Source: the human T2T-CHM13v2.0 reference genome, Homo sapiens. From it: a stretch of DNA of 64,000 nt. The translations under genes were made by a program, and so were the position numbers. Of the stretch, positions 58,009 through 64,000 are shown piece after piece. A model generated the notes under the pieces. It was not told the origin of the DNA and searched no databases. It saw only the letters and a list, made by a program, of their open reading frames with translations. The stretch lies in NCBI RefSeq assembly GCF_009914755.1, contig NC_060926.1. One strand, 5' to 3'. How positions within the stretch are numbered: the first letter of the stretch is position 1; each line of letters begins with the position of its first letter.

Positions 58009-58823
58009 ACAGAGGGGGCGGAGCCAAGATGGCCAAATAGGAAGAGCTCCAGTCGACAGCTCCCAGTGTGAGCGATGCAGAAGATGGGTGATTTCTGCAT
58101 TTCCAACTGAGCAAACGGCACACCAGGAGATTATATCCCGCACCTGGCTCGGAGAGTCCTATGCTGACAGAGCCTCGCTTATTGCTAGCACAGCAGTCTC
58201 AGATAAAACTGCATGGTGGCAGCAAGGCTGGGGGAGGAGCACCCACCATTGCCGAGGATTCAGTGGTAAACAAAGCAGCTGGGAAGCTCGAACTGGGTGA
58301 AGCCCTCCGCAGCTCAAGGAGGCCTGCCTGCCTCTGTAGACGCCACCTCTGGGGGCAGGGCATAGCCAAACAAAAGGCAGCAGAAACCTCTGCAGACTTA
58401 AATGTCCCTGTCTGGCAGCTTTGAAGAGAGTAGTGGTTCTCCCAGCATGCAGCTGGAGATCTGAGAATGGACAGACTGCCTCCTCAAGTGGGTCACTGAC
58501 CCCCAAGTAGCCTAACTGGGAGACACCCCCCAGTAGGGGCAGACTGACACCTCACATGGCCGGGTACTCCTCTGAGACAAAACTTCCGGAGGAATGATCA
58601 GGCAGCAACAGCTGCTGTTCACCAATATCCAGTGTTCTGCAGGCCCCACTGCTGATACCCAGGCAAACAGGGTCTGGAGTGGACCTCTAGCAAACTCCAA
58701 CAGACCTGCAGCTGAGGGTCCTGATGGTTAGAAGAAAAACTAACAAACAGAAAGGACATCCACTCCAAAATCCCATCTGTGCATCACCATCATCAAAGAC
58801 CAAAGGTAGATAAAACCACAAAG

Positions 58824-59840
58824 ATGGGGAAAAAACTGAGCAGAAAAACTGGAAACTCTAAAAATCAGAGTGCCTCTCCTCCTCCAAAGGAACACAGCTC
58901 CTCACCAGCAATGGAACAAAGGTGGATGGAGAATGACTTTGACAAGTTCAAAGAAGAAGGCTTCAGACGATTAAACTACTCCAAGCTAAAGGAGGAAGTT
59001 CGAACCCATGGCAAAGAAGTTAAAACCTTGAAAAAAAATTAGACGAATGGCTAACTAGAATAACCAATGCAGAGAAGTCCTTAAAGGACCTGATGGAGAT
59101 GAAAACCATGGCACAACAACTACGTGATGAATGCACAAGCTTCAGTAGCCAATGCAATCAACTGGAAGAAAGGGTATCAGCAATGGAAGATCAAATGAAT
59201 GAAATGAAGCAAGAAGAGAAGTTTAGAGAAAAAAGAATAAAAGGAAATGAACAAAGCCTCCAAGAAAGATGGGACTATGTGAAAAGACCAAATCTACGTC
59301 TGATTGGTGTACCTGAAAATGACGGGGAGAATGGAACCAAGTTGGGAAACACTCTACAGGATACTATCCAGGAGAACTTCCCCAATCTAGCAAGGCAGGC
59401 CAACATTCAAACTCAGGAAATACAGAGAATGCCACAAAGATACTCCTCGAGAAGAGCAACTCCAAGACACATAATTGTCAGATTCACCAAAGTTGAAATG
59501 AAGGAAAAAATGTTAAGGGCAGCCAGAGAGAAAGGTCGGGTTACCCACAAAGGGAAGCCCATCAGACTAACAGCTGATCTCTTGGCAGAAACTCTACAAG
59601 CCAGAAGAGAGTGGGGGCCAATATTCAACAATCTTAAAGAAAAGAATTTCCAACCCAGAATTTCATATCCAGCCAAACTAAGCTTCATAAGTGAAGGAGA
59701 AATAAAATACTTTACAGACAAGGAAATGCTGAGAGATTTTCGTCACCACCAAGCCTGCCCTACAAGAGCTCCTGAAGGAAGCACTAAACATGGAAAGCAA
59801 CAACCGGTACCAGCCACTGCAAAAACATGCCAAATTATAA
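58824..59840 (+). pseudogene. L1 ORF1p, frameshifted
   Basis: MGKKLSRKTGNSKNQSASPPPKE...YVKRPNLRLIGVPE...ARREWGPIF; frame breaks near 59035 and 59740. Confidence 0.93.
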
Positions 59841-59903
59841 AGACCATCGAGGCTAGGAAGAAACTGCATCAACTAACGAGTAAAATAATCAGCTAACAAC
59901 ATA

Positions 59904-63755
<3,852 letters not shown>

Positions 63756-64000
63756 ACAATGAGAACACAAGGACACAGAAAGGGGAATATCACACACCGG
63801 GGCCTGTTGTGGGGTGGGGGGATGGGGGGAGGCATAGCATTAGGAGATATACCTAATGTTAAATGATGAGTTAATGGGTGCACACAGCAACATGGCACAT
63901 GTATACATATGTAACTAACCTGCACGTTGTGCACACGTGCCCTAAAATTTAAAGTATAATAAAAACAAAAATGAAAAGAATAAAAATATGCATGAATTAA

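Overview
Primate (human-like) AT-rich genomic DNA, roughly half of it interspersed repeats. It contains about 13 Alu copies or monomers, several L1s, L2/MIR relics, MaLR LTRs (MLT1/MST/THE1), ERV1 solo LTRs (MER4, MER34/39-like), HERV-L gag-pro and ERV1 integrase fragments, and DNA-transposon relics (Tigger1, MER44A, MER63, MER5A). No intact protein-coding gene can be supported; the only recognisable host-gene sequence is an RPL23A processed pseudogene (minus strand, ~6317-6892). Most notable: (1) a near full-length L1PA4-6 element whose 5'UTR lacks a segment with apparent GT-AG boundaries (probable spliced-integrated L1); (2) a twin-primed 5'-inverted L1; (3) a perfect 32-bp hairpin-forming AT-rich minisatellite; (4) several small inverted/template-switch scars; (5) speculatively, minus-strand splice-bounded segments and an RFX X-box/CpG cluster in unique DNA that may be the remains of a decayed multi-exon gene or lncRNA. 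Repeat subfamily names come from recalled consensus features, and boundaries of old repeats are approximate.
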